A stretch of 64,000 nucleotides of DNA from the IMG/VR virus record IMGVR_UViG_3300033143_001962, positions 62,001 through 126,000 of that record; one strand, written 5' to 3'. The number at the start of each line of letters is the position of its first letter. The first letter of the stretch is position 1. Below are positions 1 through 9,641 of this stretch, one piece after another. Below the pieces are notes generated by a model. The model saw nothing but the letters and a program-made list of their open reading frames with translations, searched no databases and had not been told where the DNA came from. The position numbers and the translations under genes are program-made.

Positions 1-2
1 TC

Positions 3-128
3 AGAACAGACATTCCGCATAATATTATAATGGGTGACGTGCCTAGGCTGGCTGTTAGTGTACGCTTTAGTGAAGGTGAGTACACATGGGCAGAGTCCGT
101 AGAAAGAATGAAGGAGTACATAGTATGA
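3..128 (+). CDS. 3' end of a cupin/2OG-Fe(II)-like protein, truncated by the window edge; paralog of the next gene
   Basis: Frame from nt 3 reads RTDIPHNIIMGDVPRLAVSVRFSEGEYTWAESVERMKEYIV*, matching the C-terminus of 125..718 (RADIPHDVIMGDKQRFGFTIRFWKDYESWDDVVEQFK). Its TGA overlaps the next ATG (ATGA at 125-128). Not in the ORF track. Confidence 0.8.
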   Translation, partial: RTDIPHNIIMGDVPRLAVSVRFSEGEYTWAESVERMKEYIV

Positions 129-718
129 GTGAATGTATGCACAGAACAAACATAAGTTTTAAAGGCGCGCTATCCGAGTTAGGTGGAATAGAAATAAATC
201 GTATCAGGCGACTAGTTGACAAAAAAACATTCCATCATCAAAAGTTTATATTAGATAAAGAAAAGATATTTACAGATGAATGGATGCAGTACGTACATGA
301 TAAGTTAGGAATGACTCCTACTACTGCAATGGCATTTTGTCGTAACCCGCACGTACAATTAGGCGCAGCACATATAGATGGCGGCCGAGACCGTGAAATA
401 TTTATGGGTCTGAATTGGGTGCAAGGCGAAGACGATAGTGAAATGATATGGTACGACATGCCCGACGTACTCAACGATATGCTTGAAGATGAATATGTTA
501 AGTACTGGACGTTCCCAGAAGATGAATACGACTTAAAAGAAATACATAGAGAGTGTGTTGGCAATAGTGATAACTTAGCACTTGTACGCGCAGACATACC
601 GCATGATGTTATTATGGGAGACAAACAACGTTTCGGGTTTACAATACGTTTCTGGAAAGACTACGAAAGTTGGGATGATGTTGTAGAACAATTTAAGGAC
701 GTTATAGTTGAAGAGTAA
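125..718 (+). CDS. Cupin / 2OG-Fe(II) oxygenase-like protein
   Basis: HxD (AAHIDG), distal His (IPHDV) and R-x-x-x-T-I-R strand fit a DSBH facial triad. Start moved to ATG 125 because of the ATGA overlap with the upstream gene. Confidence 0.55.
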   Translation: MSECMHRTNISFKGALSELGGIEINRIRRLVDKKTFHHQKFILDKEKIFTDEWMQYVHDKLGMTPTTAMAFCRNPHVQLGAAHIDGGRDREIFMGLNWVQGEDDSEMIWYDMPDVLNDMLEDEYVKYWTFPEDEYDLKEIHRECVGNSDNLALVRADIPHDVIMGDKQRFGFTIRFWKDYESWDDVVEQFKDVIVEE

Positions 719-2078
719 ATTTTTAACAGATGCAGAAAACATGAAGGAAAAGTTGGATACAGTATCTCCTTCATTTTGTTTAGCAAAGTGGAAGCAAGTA
801 TCCTTGCACTTAACAAATGGCATGAATAACTCTTGCTACCATCCTCCATTGCATAAAATTAATGTAGACGATATAATAAAAGATCCAAGCGCACTACATA
901 ATACAGCAGAAAAAGCTATAGCCAGAAAACAAATGGTGAGCGGCGAGCGACCCTCTGAATGTAGCTACTGTTGGGCAATGGAGGATAACGGTGAGTTAAG
1001 TGACAGGCATTACAGAAGTGGAGAACCATGGGCAGCACAGGACTTTGATACAATAGTCGCAAACCCAGAAGCTTCTGTAACGCCATCGTATGTAGAGGTT
1101 AATTTTAACCACTCATGTAACTTAGCTTGCTCTTATTGCAGCCCACAATTTTCGAGTACGTGGGGGGTTGAAGCAAGAAAGTTCGGAGCTTACCCTACTT
1201 CAACTCCACATAACGATCCTGCTTATTTTGCAGGTAATCGTAAACCAATTCCTAATCGCGAATACAATCCATACGTAGAAGCATTTTGGAAATGGTGGCC
1301 CGAGCTTTACAAAGACTTAGTACATTTCCGCATGACAGGCGGCGAACCATTACAAGATAAAAATACTTACAAAGTCTTTGATTATGTTTTGGAAAATCCA
1401 AAACCTGATTTACATTTGAATGTAACTTCAAACCTGTCTGTAGATCAGAAGCTGTGGGACAAATATTTAGGGTACGTTAAGCAATTAACTACTGGCAAGA
1501 TTGAACACTTCATGCAGTACGTATCAGTAGACACATGGGGTGAACAAGCAGAGTACATACGGCACGGGTTAGACTTTGATTTACTTTGGAAACGAGTAGA
1601 CCAGTACTTGACAGAAGTGCCTGAGTACTGTAGTATTACATTTATAATTACTATGAATAACTTGTCGATATACAGTTTGGATAAGTTAATGGAAGGCATC
1701 TTAGAGTTGCGTAAGAAGCACAGTAAAACATATCAGCGTGTATGGTTTGATACTCCAGTCTTGCGTACACCAGAATGGCAGAGCTTACAAATTCTGCCAG
1801 AGTACTATGCAACTAAGTTGATGGATATAAAAGAATTCATGATAGACAACGCGGAGACAGCTGATGAGCTGTATCATGGATTCAAAGATTATGAAATACA
1901 ACGTATGAGCAGAGACATAGCTTGGATGAGACAAGGAACTGATAACGTGGAACAAAAGAAAGCGGACTTTTATCGCTTCTTTAACGAAGCAGACAAACGT
2001 CACGGCACTAACTTTGAAGAAACATTTCCAGAACTTACACACTGGTACCGCGCAGGAAGATACCTTGCTAACAAGTAA
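708..2078 (+). CDS. Radical SAM protein with N-terminal twitch/SPASM-like domain (RS1)
   Basis: CNLACSYC, MTGGEP; N-terminal FCLAKW..SCYH and CSYCW. Confidence 0.9.
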   Translation: MKSKFLTDAENMKEKLDTVSPSFCLAKWKQVSLHLTNGMNNSCYHPPLHKINVDDIIKDPSALHNTAEKAIARKQMVSGERPSECSYCWAMEDNGELSDRHYRSGEPWAAQDFDTIVANPEASVTPSYVEVNFNHSCNLACSYCSPQFSSTWGVEARKFGAYPTSTPHNDPAYFAGNRKPIPNREYNPYVEAFWKWWPELYKDLVHFRMTGGEPLQDKNTYKVFDYVLENPKPDLHLNVTSNLSVDQKLWDKYLGYVKQLTTGKIEHFMQYVSVDTWGEQAEYIRHGLDFDLLWKRVDQYLTEVPEYCSITFIITMNNLSIYSLDKLMEGILELRKKHSKTYQRVWFDTPVLRTPEWQSLQILPEYYATKLMDIKEFMIDNAETADELYHGFKDYEIQRMSRDIAWMRQGTDNVEQKKADFYRFFNEADKRHGTNFEETFPELTHWYRAGRYLANK

Positions 2079-3243
2079 AAACAAAGATTCATTCTGTCCT
2101 GGCCATTGGGATGATATTCAATTTGCTCCATCGCAGGGATATATGTACGGGTGCTGTAAAGCTAAACCTATCTTACTCTCGGATACTAAGGAGCTAGAAA
2201 AACGCAGGACTGATGCATTAAATGGAATTAAAAATCCAGCATGTAGTTATTGTTGGGATACAGAAGCAAAAGGTAATGACAGTTACCGCCATTCGAAATT
2301 AAGCCGCTGGCATGGGTCATTGGCACCACGCCATGTGACGCTAGTGGTGGGTAATTTATGTAATTTACAATGTACGTATTGTAATGAAAAGGCAAGTTCA
2401 AAATGGCAGACAGACAGAAAACAAAATGGTCAGATTGATATGCAGTTTGATACTAATGTATATTATGGTGGAGCAACTTGCGATAATAAAAATTCGCAAG
2501 TATATATAGACTTTTTTAATAAGCTGGATTCGATTTTCAAGTTAACTGTATCCGGTGGCGAGCCACTAATAGGTACCGATTTGTATGATATTTTATCTGG
2601 TTGTGATTTGACAGGAGTCAGACGTATACACATTGCATCTAATTTAAACTACCCTAATACTAGAACATTGGATAAGTTATTAGAGCTCCAACATACACAC
2701 AGAATAACTATTAATGCTAGTTTAGATACAGTTAATGCACCAATACAAGAATATTTACGCTTTGGTTTTAACTGGGAAACATTTAAAAGTAACTTAGATT
2801 TTTTATTAACAAGCACCACGGTGAATGTATCATTCGGTACACTAGTAACAGCACAGACAGTATTCGGGATAAATGACATGTACGAGTTTGTGTACGAGAT
2901 GAAACATAACTATCCTAATAGGATTAACTGGTTTGTGTCGACTTGCACACAGCCGTTAACACATACGTTCGATGCATTAACTGATACAGAGAAAGCTCGC
3001 GCATTAACAGAGACTTTGAAAGTGCAAGAAAAGATATCCAATGTACAACATTTAGATGCTAAAGAAAACAGAGTGGCAATGGAGTTAATTAATATCAATA
3101 CAGTAATTGCAGCATTACAAAATGCAACATTCAATGAAGAATTACGACAAGATCAACAACATTTCTTTAAGCAGTTTAATGAACGCAATGGGTTAACAAC
3201 TCCAGAAGAATTAAAATTTTTAATAGAAGATGAGATTAAATGA
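2065..3243 (+). CDS. Radical SAM protein with N-terminal twitch/SPASM-like domain (RS2)
   Basis: CNLQCTYC, VSGGEP; N-terminal FCPGHW..GCC and CSYCW. Start uncertain: TTG 2065 after AGGA is preferred to 2014. Confidence 0.85.
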   Translation: MLTSKNKDSFCPGHWDDIQFAPSQGYMYGCCKAKPILLSDTKELEKRRTDALNGIKNPACSYCWDTEAKGNDSYRHSKLSRWHGSLAPRHVTLVVGNLCNLQCTYCNEKASSKWQTDRKQNGQIDMQFDTNVYYGGATCDNKNSQVYIDFFNKLDSIFKLTVSGGEPLIGTDLYDILSGCDLTGVRRIHIASNLNYPNTRTLDKLLELQHTHRITINASLDTVNAPIQEYLRFGFNWETFKSNLDFLLTSTTVNVSFGTLVTAQTVFGINDMYEFVYEMKHNYPNRINWFVSTCTQPLTHTFDALTDTEKARALTETLKVQEKISNVQHLDAKENRVAMELININTVIAALQNATFNEELRQDQQHFFKQFNERNGLTTPEELKFLIEDEIK

Positions 3244-4595
3244 GTTTAAGAAAAGAAGGCAGAGAAACAGACAAAGAAGTACTAGACTATATCAATAGTT
3301 ATAGTAAGTCAATGTGTTTAGCTAAATGGTACAATGCTACTATATGGCTAGGCAGCGGCATGACTACTAGTTGTCATCACCCACCAGCACATAACATTCC
3401 AGTACACGAAGTAAAGTTTAATCCATCGGCATTGCATAACACTCGCGATAAAAAGTTAGATCGTTATATGATGCAAGAAGGAGTACGACCTAAAGGGTGT
3501 GAGTACTGTTGGAAAATAGAAGACATGGGCACTGATGCAATTAGTGATCGTGTGTATAAGTCTGTTATATATAAAGACAGAGACATGGTGTATGCAGCTA
3601 AGTCAGACTCAAAAGATAATATTAATCTTAAAACACTTGAGATTGCATTTGATAGAACGTGCAACCTTGCTTGTTCTTATTGTAACCCTGCATTTAGTTC
3701 GACCTGGGTAAGAGATATTAAACGCAACGGCCCGTACGAGAACTTAATAAGCGATGGTAGAGGACACTTTACACATACACACGATGCCGCGCAAATGTAT
3801 AAGCCGGACGAAGAAAACCCTTACGTAGAAGCATTCTTTAAATGGTGGGAAAGCGACTTGAAACATAGCTTACAAGAGCTACGACTGACCGGTGGCGAGC
3901 CACTAATGTCTCCGTATACATTCAGATTGTTTGATAAATTCATTGAAGACAAACCGGATATGCAGTTTGCTCTTAATAGTAATCTTTGTGTTAAGGATAG
4001 TATCATTACTAAGTTAATTGAAACAACCCATAGTATAGACAACTTTCAATTATACACAAGCTGTGAAGCAGTAGGTGACAAAGCAGAATACATACGCGAT
4101 GGGTTCAACTGGGATCAGTGGATGGGTAATATACATAAAATCTTAACGCTAGGAAAAGTAAACGGCTTCCATATGATGTGTACTGTTAATGCATTATGCT
4201 TAGATTCGTTACCTGGTTTCTTAGATCATATGATGAACTTAAAGAAACAGTACGGTAAAGATTATCCAACGTTTTCATTAAACATTTTACGCTTCCCATC
4301 GTTTCAGAGTCCGTTAGTACTGCCAGATGATTTGCGTACAGAGTTTAAAGATGATTTGCAAGTGTGGTTAGATAAGAATATTGATAGTCCATTGTTACAC
4401 CAAATGGAAATCAATCAAGTTAAGCGTTTAATAGATTACTTAGATGTAGTTAAAACGCCGCATGATGATAGTTTTGACTTGCCTACGTTGCGTCATGACT
4501 TTAAACAGTTTTATACGCAGTACGATGAACGTAGAAACAAATATTTTAATATAACGTTTCCTATAATTTCGGAGTGGTACGATGCCCTTAGTTAG
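3240..4595 (+). CDS. Radical SAM protein with N-terminal twitch/SPASM-like domain (RS3); closest to RS1
   Basis: CNLACSYC, LTGGEP; MCLAKW..SCHH, CEYCW; shares ENPYVEAF(F/W)KWW and GDKAEYIRDG/GEQAEYIRHG with RS1. Confidence 0.9.
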   Translation: MSLRKEGRETDKEVLDYINSYSKSMCLAKWYNATIWLGSGMTTSCHHPPAHNIPVHEVKFNPSALHNTRDKKLDRYMMQEGVRPKGCEYCWKIEDMGTDAISDRVYKSVIYKDRDMVYAAKSDSKDNINLKTLEIAFDRTCNLACSYCNPAFSSTWVRDIKRNGPYENLISDGRGHFTHTHDAAQMYKPDEENPYVEAFFKWWESDLKHSLQELRLTGGEPLMSPYTFRLFDKFIEDKPDMQFALNSNLCVKDSIITKLIETTHSIDNFQLYTSCEAVGDKAEYIRDGFNWDQWMGNIHKILTLGKVNGFHMMCTVNALCLDSLPGFLDHMMNLKKQYGKDYPTFSLNILRFPSFQSPLVLPDDLRTEFKDDLQVWLDKNIDSPLLHQMEINQVKRLIDYLDVVKTPHDDSFDLPTLRHDFKQFYTQYDERRNKYFNITFPIISEWYDALS

Positions 4596-4839
4596 TCCAA
4601 GTGTAACAGTTAGAGAAGTTGCCAGTTCGAATATAGTTGGCATACAACAAAAACGTTTTATTCCATCACTGCGCATAAACAATAAATGGACGTTAATTAT
4701 TTCTGATTATCATTACTGGATGAGCAATGAAGTTGATCTAGAAAATTCAGTAATTGAATTGAATGGTGTAAGGGAAGGAATGACAATAGAATTTGAAACA
4801 AAAGAAGAACGCACATGGTTCTTACTAAGGTGGCAATGA
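4582..4839 (+). CDS. Small protein of the 'F-x-x-x-x-D/E-A-x-x-F-x-L-x-W' family
   Basis: GGAG 7 nt upstream; ends IEFETKEERTWFLLRWQ like the 18.3-20.1 kb paralogs. Confidence 0.65.
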   Translation: MPLVSPSVTVREVASSNIVGIQQKRFIPSLRINNKWTLIISDYHYWMSNEVDLENSVIELNGVREGMTIEFETKEERTWFLLRWQ

Positions 4840-5594
4840 TGAGTACTCAAAGATACGAAACCAGGATTAGCCAGTTGATAGTAAGCGGCTGTAGTTTTAC
4901 ACACAACAATCATGATACCCATGTCGCTTGGCCTAATATACTCGAAGCATGGTCCGACATGCAACTAACAAATTTAGCTGTACCTGGTGCCGGCAATACA
5001 CATATAGCTAATAGTATTATCTTGCACTTAGAAAAGAATAAGCCTAATCCATCGGATACATTAGTAATGGTTATGTGGACCGGACCTGAACGTATTGATT
5101 GGATAACAGATAAAGAGAGTTCGAAATTTAAAGATGCCTATCCATTTACATACGATTACGATGATAACAATGAATTAGTACTTGGAGGCGCATGGTGGGG
5201 AAACAAGCCCAGGTCCGACGTTGAAAATTTAATCATTCAGTACTCGAAATATCAGAGCGACTCTAGTTTAGCATTAACCAGTTGGCTCGCTATGCAAAGC
5301 CTAACGAATTATCTCGAACAAAACGGATACGATTACATATATACTTCTATTGCAGACTTAGACGGTGCTGAAGATGCTAATAGGTGGATACAGTACACTA
5401 ACGAATTATCGGAAATTGGGCTATCTGTGGATAATCCACATTGGATACAACCATTCCTGTACGAACACGGAAAAACAAATAATGTATTAATGGACGATAA
5501 CTTTCATGTGCATTGGCAAGGTCACGAATCGTGGGTAACGGATGTGCTAGTGCCAAGATTACAACAGGCAGGGGTTATAACAAATGAGCTATGA
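4836..5594 (+). CDS. SGNH/GDSL-hydrolase-like protein
   Basis: SGCSFT block I, LAVPGAGN block II, C-terminal DNFH (DxxH). ATGA overlap places the start at 4836. Confidence 0.6.
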   Translation: MMSTQRYETRISQLIVSGCSFTHNNHDTHVAWPNILEAWSDMQLTNLAVPGAGNTHIANSIILHLEKNKPNPSDTLVMVMWTGPERIDWITDKESSKFKDAYPFTYDYDDNNELVLGGAWWGNKPRSDVENLIIQYSKYQSDSSLALTSWLAMQSLTNYLEQNGYDYIYTSIADLDGAEDANRWIQYTNELSEIGLSVDNPHWIQPFLYEHGKTNNVLMDDNFHVHWQGHESWVTDVLVPRLQQAGVITNEL

Positions 5595-6864
5595 TTATAA
5601 CAGTTGGGAACCTGTAAAAATATCCGCAGATGAATTAGACCAGTACGAAACTGAATTGCTACGTGATAGTAAAACATTTTGTATCTATCCGTGGATACAT
5701 TTACACGCATATCCTACAGGCGAAACGTATCCTTGTTGCCACGCTGACATGCAATTACCGGTTGGCAATGCAAGAGTCAATACGCTTAAAGACATGTGGA
5801 ATAGCGAAGGCATGAAACAAATTCGTCATAATATGATCGAAGGTGTTAAGTGCGGCGAGTGCGTAGGATGTTATGAACAAGAAGCAAGTGGGTTCTTTAG
5901 TGGACGGAAGAGTGCTAATAAGCATCACGGTCACCACATAGACTTAGTAGAAGAAACACATGCAGACGGGCATTTAGATAAGTTTAGTATGTCGTACTGG
6001 GATATAAGGTTTAGTAATTTGTGTAATCTTAGTTGTAGAAGCTGTGGACACATTTTTAGTAGTAGTTGGTATAAGGATCAAGTAAAGTTAGCCGGTCCCG
6101 ATTGGGGTGCAAACAATAGCGCATTGCAAATAGCAGGCCGCGGTAAAACAGACATGGTTGATCAACTTATGCAGCATATTGATAGTGTGGAACAAATATA
6201 TTTCGCAGGCGGTGAGCCACTTATGATGGAAGAACATTATAAGATTTTAGACGAATTAGAAAAAAGAGAAATGTTCCATGTCCGCTTAATTTACAATACT
6301 AATTTTACACAAATTAAACTTAAAGATAGAGAAGTCTTTGACTACTGGAAAAAGTTCGACTCAGTGAGTGTAGGCGCAAGCTTAGACGCAATGGGGCAAC
6401 GTGCAGAGTACATACGCAAAGGTACTGACTGGGCTGTAGTAGAAGCTAATCGTCGTAAGATGATAGAAGTATGTCCTAACGTAGACTTCTATATTAGTGC
6501 AACATTAAGCATTATGAATGCATTGCACATCGCAGACTTTCATAGGGCTTGGGTAGCTAAAGGATTAATTAACCCACAAGACTTTAACATTAACATATTG
6601 CAGGATCCGATGCATTACCGTATTGACATTGCTCAAGCAAAGTACAAAGACAAAATACGTACTAAGTTCCGCGAACACTTACTATGGCTAAAAGGTAAAG
6701 ATGACTTGAACAGAGCAAGCACAGGTTTTGAAAGTGCTATACAATTTATGGATGCAACAGATAACACAGATCAGATTACGTGGTTCTGGACACACATAAG
6801 ACAACTTGATCTGTTACGCAACGAAGACTGGCATGACTTTATTCCGGAGTTACAAGACTTATAA
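5584..6864 (+). CDS. Radical SAM protein with N-terminal twitch/SPASM-like domain (RS4)
   Basis: CNLSCRSC, FAGGEP; FCIYPW..PCCH, CVGCY. Confidence 0.9.
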   Translation: MSYDYNSWEPVKISADELDQYETELLRDSKTFCIYPWIHLHAYPTGETYPCCHADMQLPVGNARVNTLKDMWNSEGMKQIRHNMIEGVKCGECVGCYEQEASGFFSGRKSANKHHGHHIDLVEETHADGHLDKFSMSYWDIRFSNLCNLSCRSCGHIFSSSWYKDQVKLAGPDWGANNSALQIAGRGKTDMVDQLMQHIDSVEQIYFAGGEPLMMEEHYKILDELEKREMFHVRLIYNTNFTQIKLKDREVFDYWKKFDSVSVGASLDAMGQRAEYIRKGTDWAVVEANRRKMIEVCPNVDFYISATLSIMNALHIADFHRAWVAKGLINPQDFNINILQDPMHYRIDIAQAKYKDKIRTKFREHLLWLKGKDDLNRASTGFESAIQFMDATDNTDQITWFWTHIRQLDLLRNEDWHDFIPELQDL

Positions 6865-7094
6865 TGAGCAGATTTGAATTCAGACCGTTTACGCCAATGG
6901 ACACGTTCCAACCTGGGTTTACGCATTTAGTAAAAGTGTTCAACTGGCTTGATGCCAACGACATTAGTTACATAACCAGAGAGCAAATAGATAAAACAAA
7001 TTTCGAACCGTATACACAAATAGCAATGTCTAGTAGAAGTGCTACGCTATTTGCATTAAAGTGGAGTAATTTAATTAATGTCTTTGCCAAATAA
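6864..7094 (+). CDS. Small hypothetical protein, likely the same '..LFALKW' family
   Basis: Fills the gap between RS4 and RS5 with overlaps; ends SATLFALKWS. Confidence 0.55.
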   Translation: MSRFEFRPFTPMDTFQPGFTHLVKVFNWLDANDISYITREQIDKTNFEPYTQIAMSSRSATLFALKWSNLINVFAK

Positions 7095-8265
7095 AACATT
7101 TTGTGTCCTACCGTGGATTAGTTTAGAAACAAGTCCTATCGGCACCGTGCGACCGTGTTGTCTTGCAGATGATGAGATTACAGATGACAGTGGCAGGAAG
7201 TTTAACTTAAACGATGATAGTTTAATAACAATACAGAACAGTACGTACATGGAGAAGCTACGTCAACAGTTCTTAGACGGTAAGATGCCAGAAACATGCC
7301 GCAAGTGCTGGGACGAAGAAAAAGTTGGCCGTACAAGTAAGCGTATGAATACACAAGTACGCTTAGAGCCCTTAATTAAAGATATAAAAGAATGGGGTCA
7401 GTCGGCAAATGATTTACAGTTCTTAGATTTAAAGCTAGGTAACATTTGTAATCTTAAGTGCAGAATATGTGGTAGTTGGAGCAGTAGTACATTCGCAGCA
7501 GAAGAAATAAAGTGTTCGGAAAATAAAGAATTTCATCGTAACATGAATAAGATGGGTGCATGGCCTAGGACTGCTACATCGTTTTGGAGTGAGTTAGATT
7601 TCTTATCTGGCGACATACGTTACCTTGAATTTACAGGTGGTGAGCCATTTATGATACGTGAGCATTTTGAATTCTTACAACGTTTAGCAGATAAGAACTT
7701 AGCAAGCAGAATAGAAATACATTACAATACAAACGGCACACAGTATCCAAAAGAGTTCTTAGATGTATGGAAACATTTTAAGCATGTTGAAATAGCATTC
7801 AGTATAGACAACGTAGGTAAACGTTTTGAGTACGAGCGCACAGGCGCAAAATGGGATATGGTTAACTACAATATTAAAAAGTTCATTAAGCTGCGCGAAG
7901 AGAATTTGAACATATCGTTACAGCTTTGTTGTACTATTAACATCTATAATGTGTTATACTTAGAAGATATATTCAACTGGGAACACTTCCAAGACTTTAA
8001 TTATGTACATTGGAATATGTTACATGATGCACCTCAGAATTGCATTAAGTCGTTACCAGAAAATGCTAAAGATGCAGTGCATGATGAATTGTTAATGGCA
8101 GATGTCGATGACAAAACATTAGATGAATTTAGAAACATTGTCGACTTTATGTACAGTGGTAAAGGAGTGTCCGACATCCTTAATGATATTGTTAAGTTAG
8201 ACATAAGACGCAATTGTACATTAGAAGACACACATAAGGAACTATTTGACTTATTATATGGATAG
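7078..8265 (+). CDS. Radical SAM protein with N-terminal twitch/SPASM-like domain (RS5)
   Basis: CNLKCRIC, FTGGEP; FCVLPW..PCCL, CRKCW. Confidence 0.9.
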   Translation: MSLPNKTFCVLPWISLETSPIGTVRPCCLADDEITDDSGRKFNLNDDSLITIQNSTYMEKLRQQFLDGKMPETCRKCWDEEKVGRTSKRMNTQVRLEPLIKDIKEWGQSANDLQFLDLKLGNICNLKCRICGSWSSSTFAAEEIKCSENKEFHRNMNKMGAWPRTATSFWSELDFLSGDIRYLEFTGGEPFMIREHFEFLQRLADKNLASRIEIHYNTNGTQYPKEFLDVWKHFKHVEIAFSIDNVGKRFEYERTGAKWDMVNYNIKKFIKLREENLNISLQLCCTINIYNVLYLEDIFNWEHFQDFNYVHWNMLHDAPQNCIKSLPENAKDAVHDELLMADVDDKTLDEFRNIVDFMYSGKGVSDILNDIVKLDIRRNCTLEDTHKELFDLLYG

Positions 8266-9319
8266 AATTAAATTAGTACAGCTGGCAGATTCGTTGACAT
8301 ATCTATCAACGATGGACTTACTAGATGACAGTTTTTTCTCAATTGAGAATTATGTTGAGACAAAAACGTACGACAGCCAAACGGTATTTATTATTAACGC
8401 TTTCGCGCTACACAATAACAACGAAACCGCTATCCGAATACTGGATGCTGGATTTAAGTTAATAGTTGATAGTGTCTGGGAGTCTTATAACAATGCCGGT
8501 GTTGCATTATGGCGTAAGTACGGCAACCAGGTCCTAGTGTCGTACTGTGGCACAAAGTCGATATACGACGATTGCACTAATGTACATTTAGTTCCTAGCT
8601 ACTTTTGGATTCGCGAATTTTTGTTTAGTAAAAAAAATAAGCTAGACAGGTATGTACCGTCGCGCATTAATACCAAAAAATTCCTAATGCCAATGAATAA
8701 AATGAAGCCAGACCGCCGCATAATTTACAACACATTAAAAGATGATGACGCAATAATTAGTCGTCACGAAGATGGGATTTCGTTGCCAATGGACGATACT
8801 GGTGCTAATCTTATATTTACTAGTACAACCGACTTTGATAGAGAATTTAATTCAAATTGGTACGATCAAACGTATTTTTCAGTTGTTACCGAGACTAACC
8901 AAACCGTACTCCCCGAAGAGTTAAAAGGAGTGATTCCACCCGGCGACACTACAGAGACGATGAAGAGGTGGTATGGCGGCAGTAGTATTTTTATAACAGA
9001 AAAAACATTTAAACCGATTATGTTTTCTCATCCATTTATAGTTATGGGCCAATCAGGCACACTGGCAAGGTTATCCGAGTTAGGGTTTATTACGTTCAGA
9101 CATATATTTGACGAGTCGTACGATAAAGAGTTCGGAGCACGTAATCGGTTAACAATGATAAAGAATGACATTGAAAACTTTGATGTTATGTTATATGACC
9201 ATCCGCTTACTGCAGAAATACTCGCATATAATCGCAATCACTTTTACAATGAAGAAATTGTAAACAAAATGTTACAAGATGAAATAATAGAACCATTAAT
9301 GGAGTTTGCAAATGCATGA
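8258..9319 (+). CDS. Glycosyltransferase-like protein (GT10/fucosyltransferase-like C-terminal motif)
   Basis: YFSVVTETN...FITEKTFKPIMFSHPFIVMG...GFITF...DESYD resembles the GT10 Y-F-x-x-x-EN..YITEK...P-x-x-x-G motif. Confidence 0.5.
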   Translation: MDRIKLVQLADSLTYLSTMDLLDDSFFSIENYVETKTYDSQTVFIINAFALHNNNETAIRILDAGFKLIVDSVWESYNNAGVALWRKYGNQVLVSYCGTKSIYDDCTNVHLVPSYFWIREFLFSKKNKLDRYVPSRINTKKFLMPMNKMKPDRRIIYNTLKDDDAIISRHEDGISLPMDDTGANLIFTSTTDFDREFNSNWYDQTYFSVVTETNQTVLPEELKGVIPPGDTTETMKRWYGGSSIFITEKTFKPIMFSHPFIVMGQSGTLARLSELGFITFRHIFDESYDKEFGARNRLTMIKNDIENFDVMLYDHPLTAEILAYNRNHFYNEEIVNKMLQDEIIEPLMEFANA

Positions 9320-9641
9320 ACTAACTGACAACCAACAAGAAGTATGGGATAGATTAAAACACACTGGAATTGACTCTGAAATCGCAGCTAGTCTACAACG
9401 CCGCCTACAATTTTTTACTGGCATGTCGAATAATGCAGCAACTCAGATTGAGGTAGAGCAAAGTCTGTGCGAATCACTAAATCATTATCTCGATAATCGA
9501 GAAATTTATGATTATACAGTCGTGTGCGACGCAGGTAACAACACCGTCCATGACGTTACTACTAATAGGTTAAATGTTGATGTATTTATTAAGCCTACTA
9601 GAGCAGCAGATATCATAAACATAAACTTGACGATAAAATAA
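9312..9641 (+). CDS. Stand-alone contractile tail sheath C-terminal-domain-like protein
   Basis: IYDYTVVCDAGNNTVHDVTTNRLNVDVFIKPTRAADIININL matches the T4 gp18-type C-terminal pattern (Y-x-Y-R-VVCD-x-x-NNT...F-I-x-P-x-R...I-x-L-N-F). GGAG 7 nt before ATG 9312. Confidence 0.65.
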   Translation: MHELTDNQQEVWDRLKHTGIDSEIAASLQRRLQFFTGMSNNAATQIEVEQSLCESLNHYLDNREIYDYTVVCDAGNNTVHDVTTNRLNVDVFIKPTRAADIININLTIK

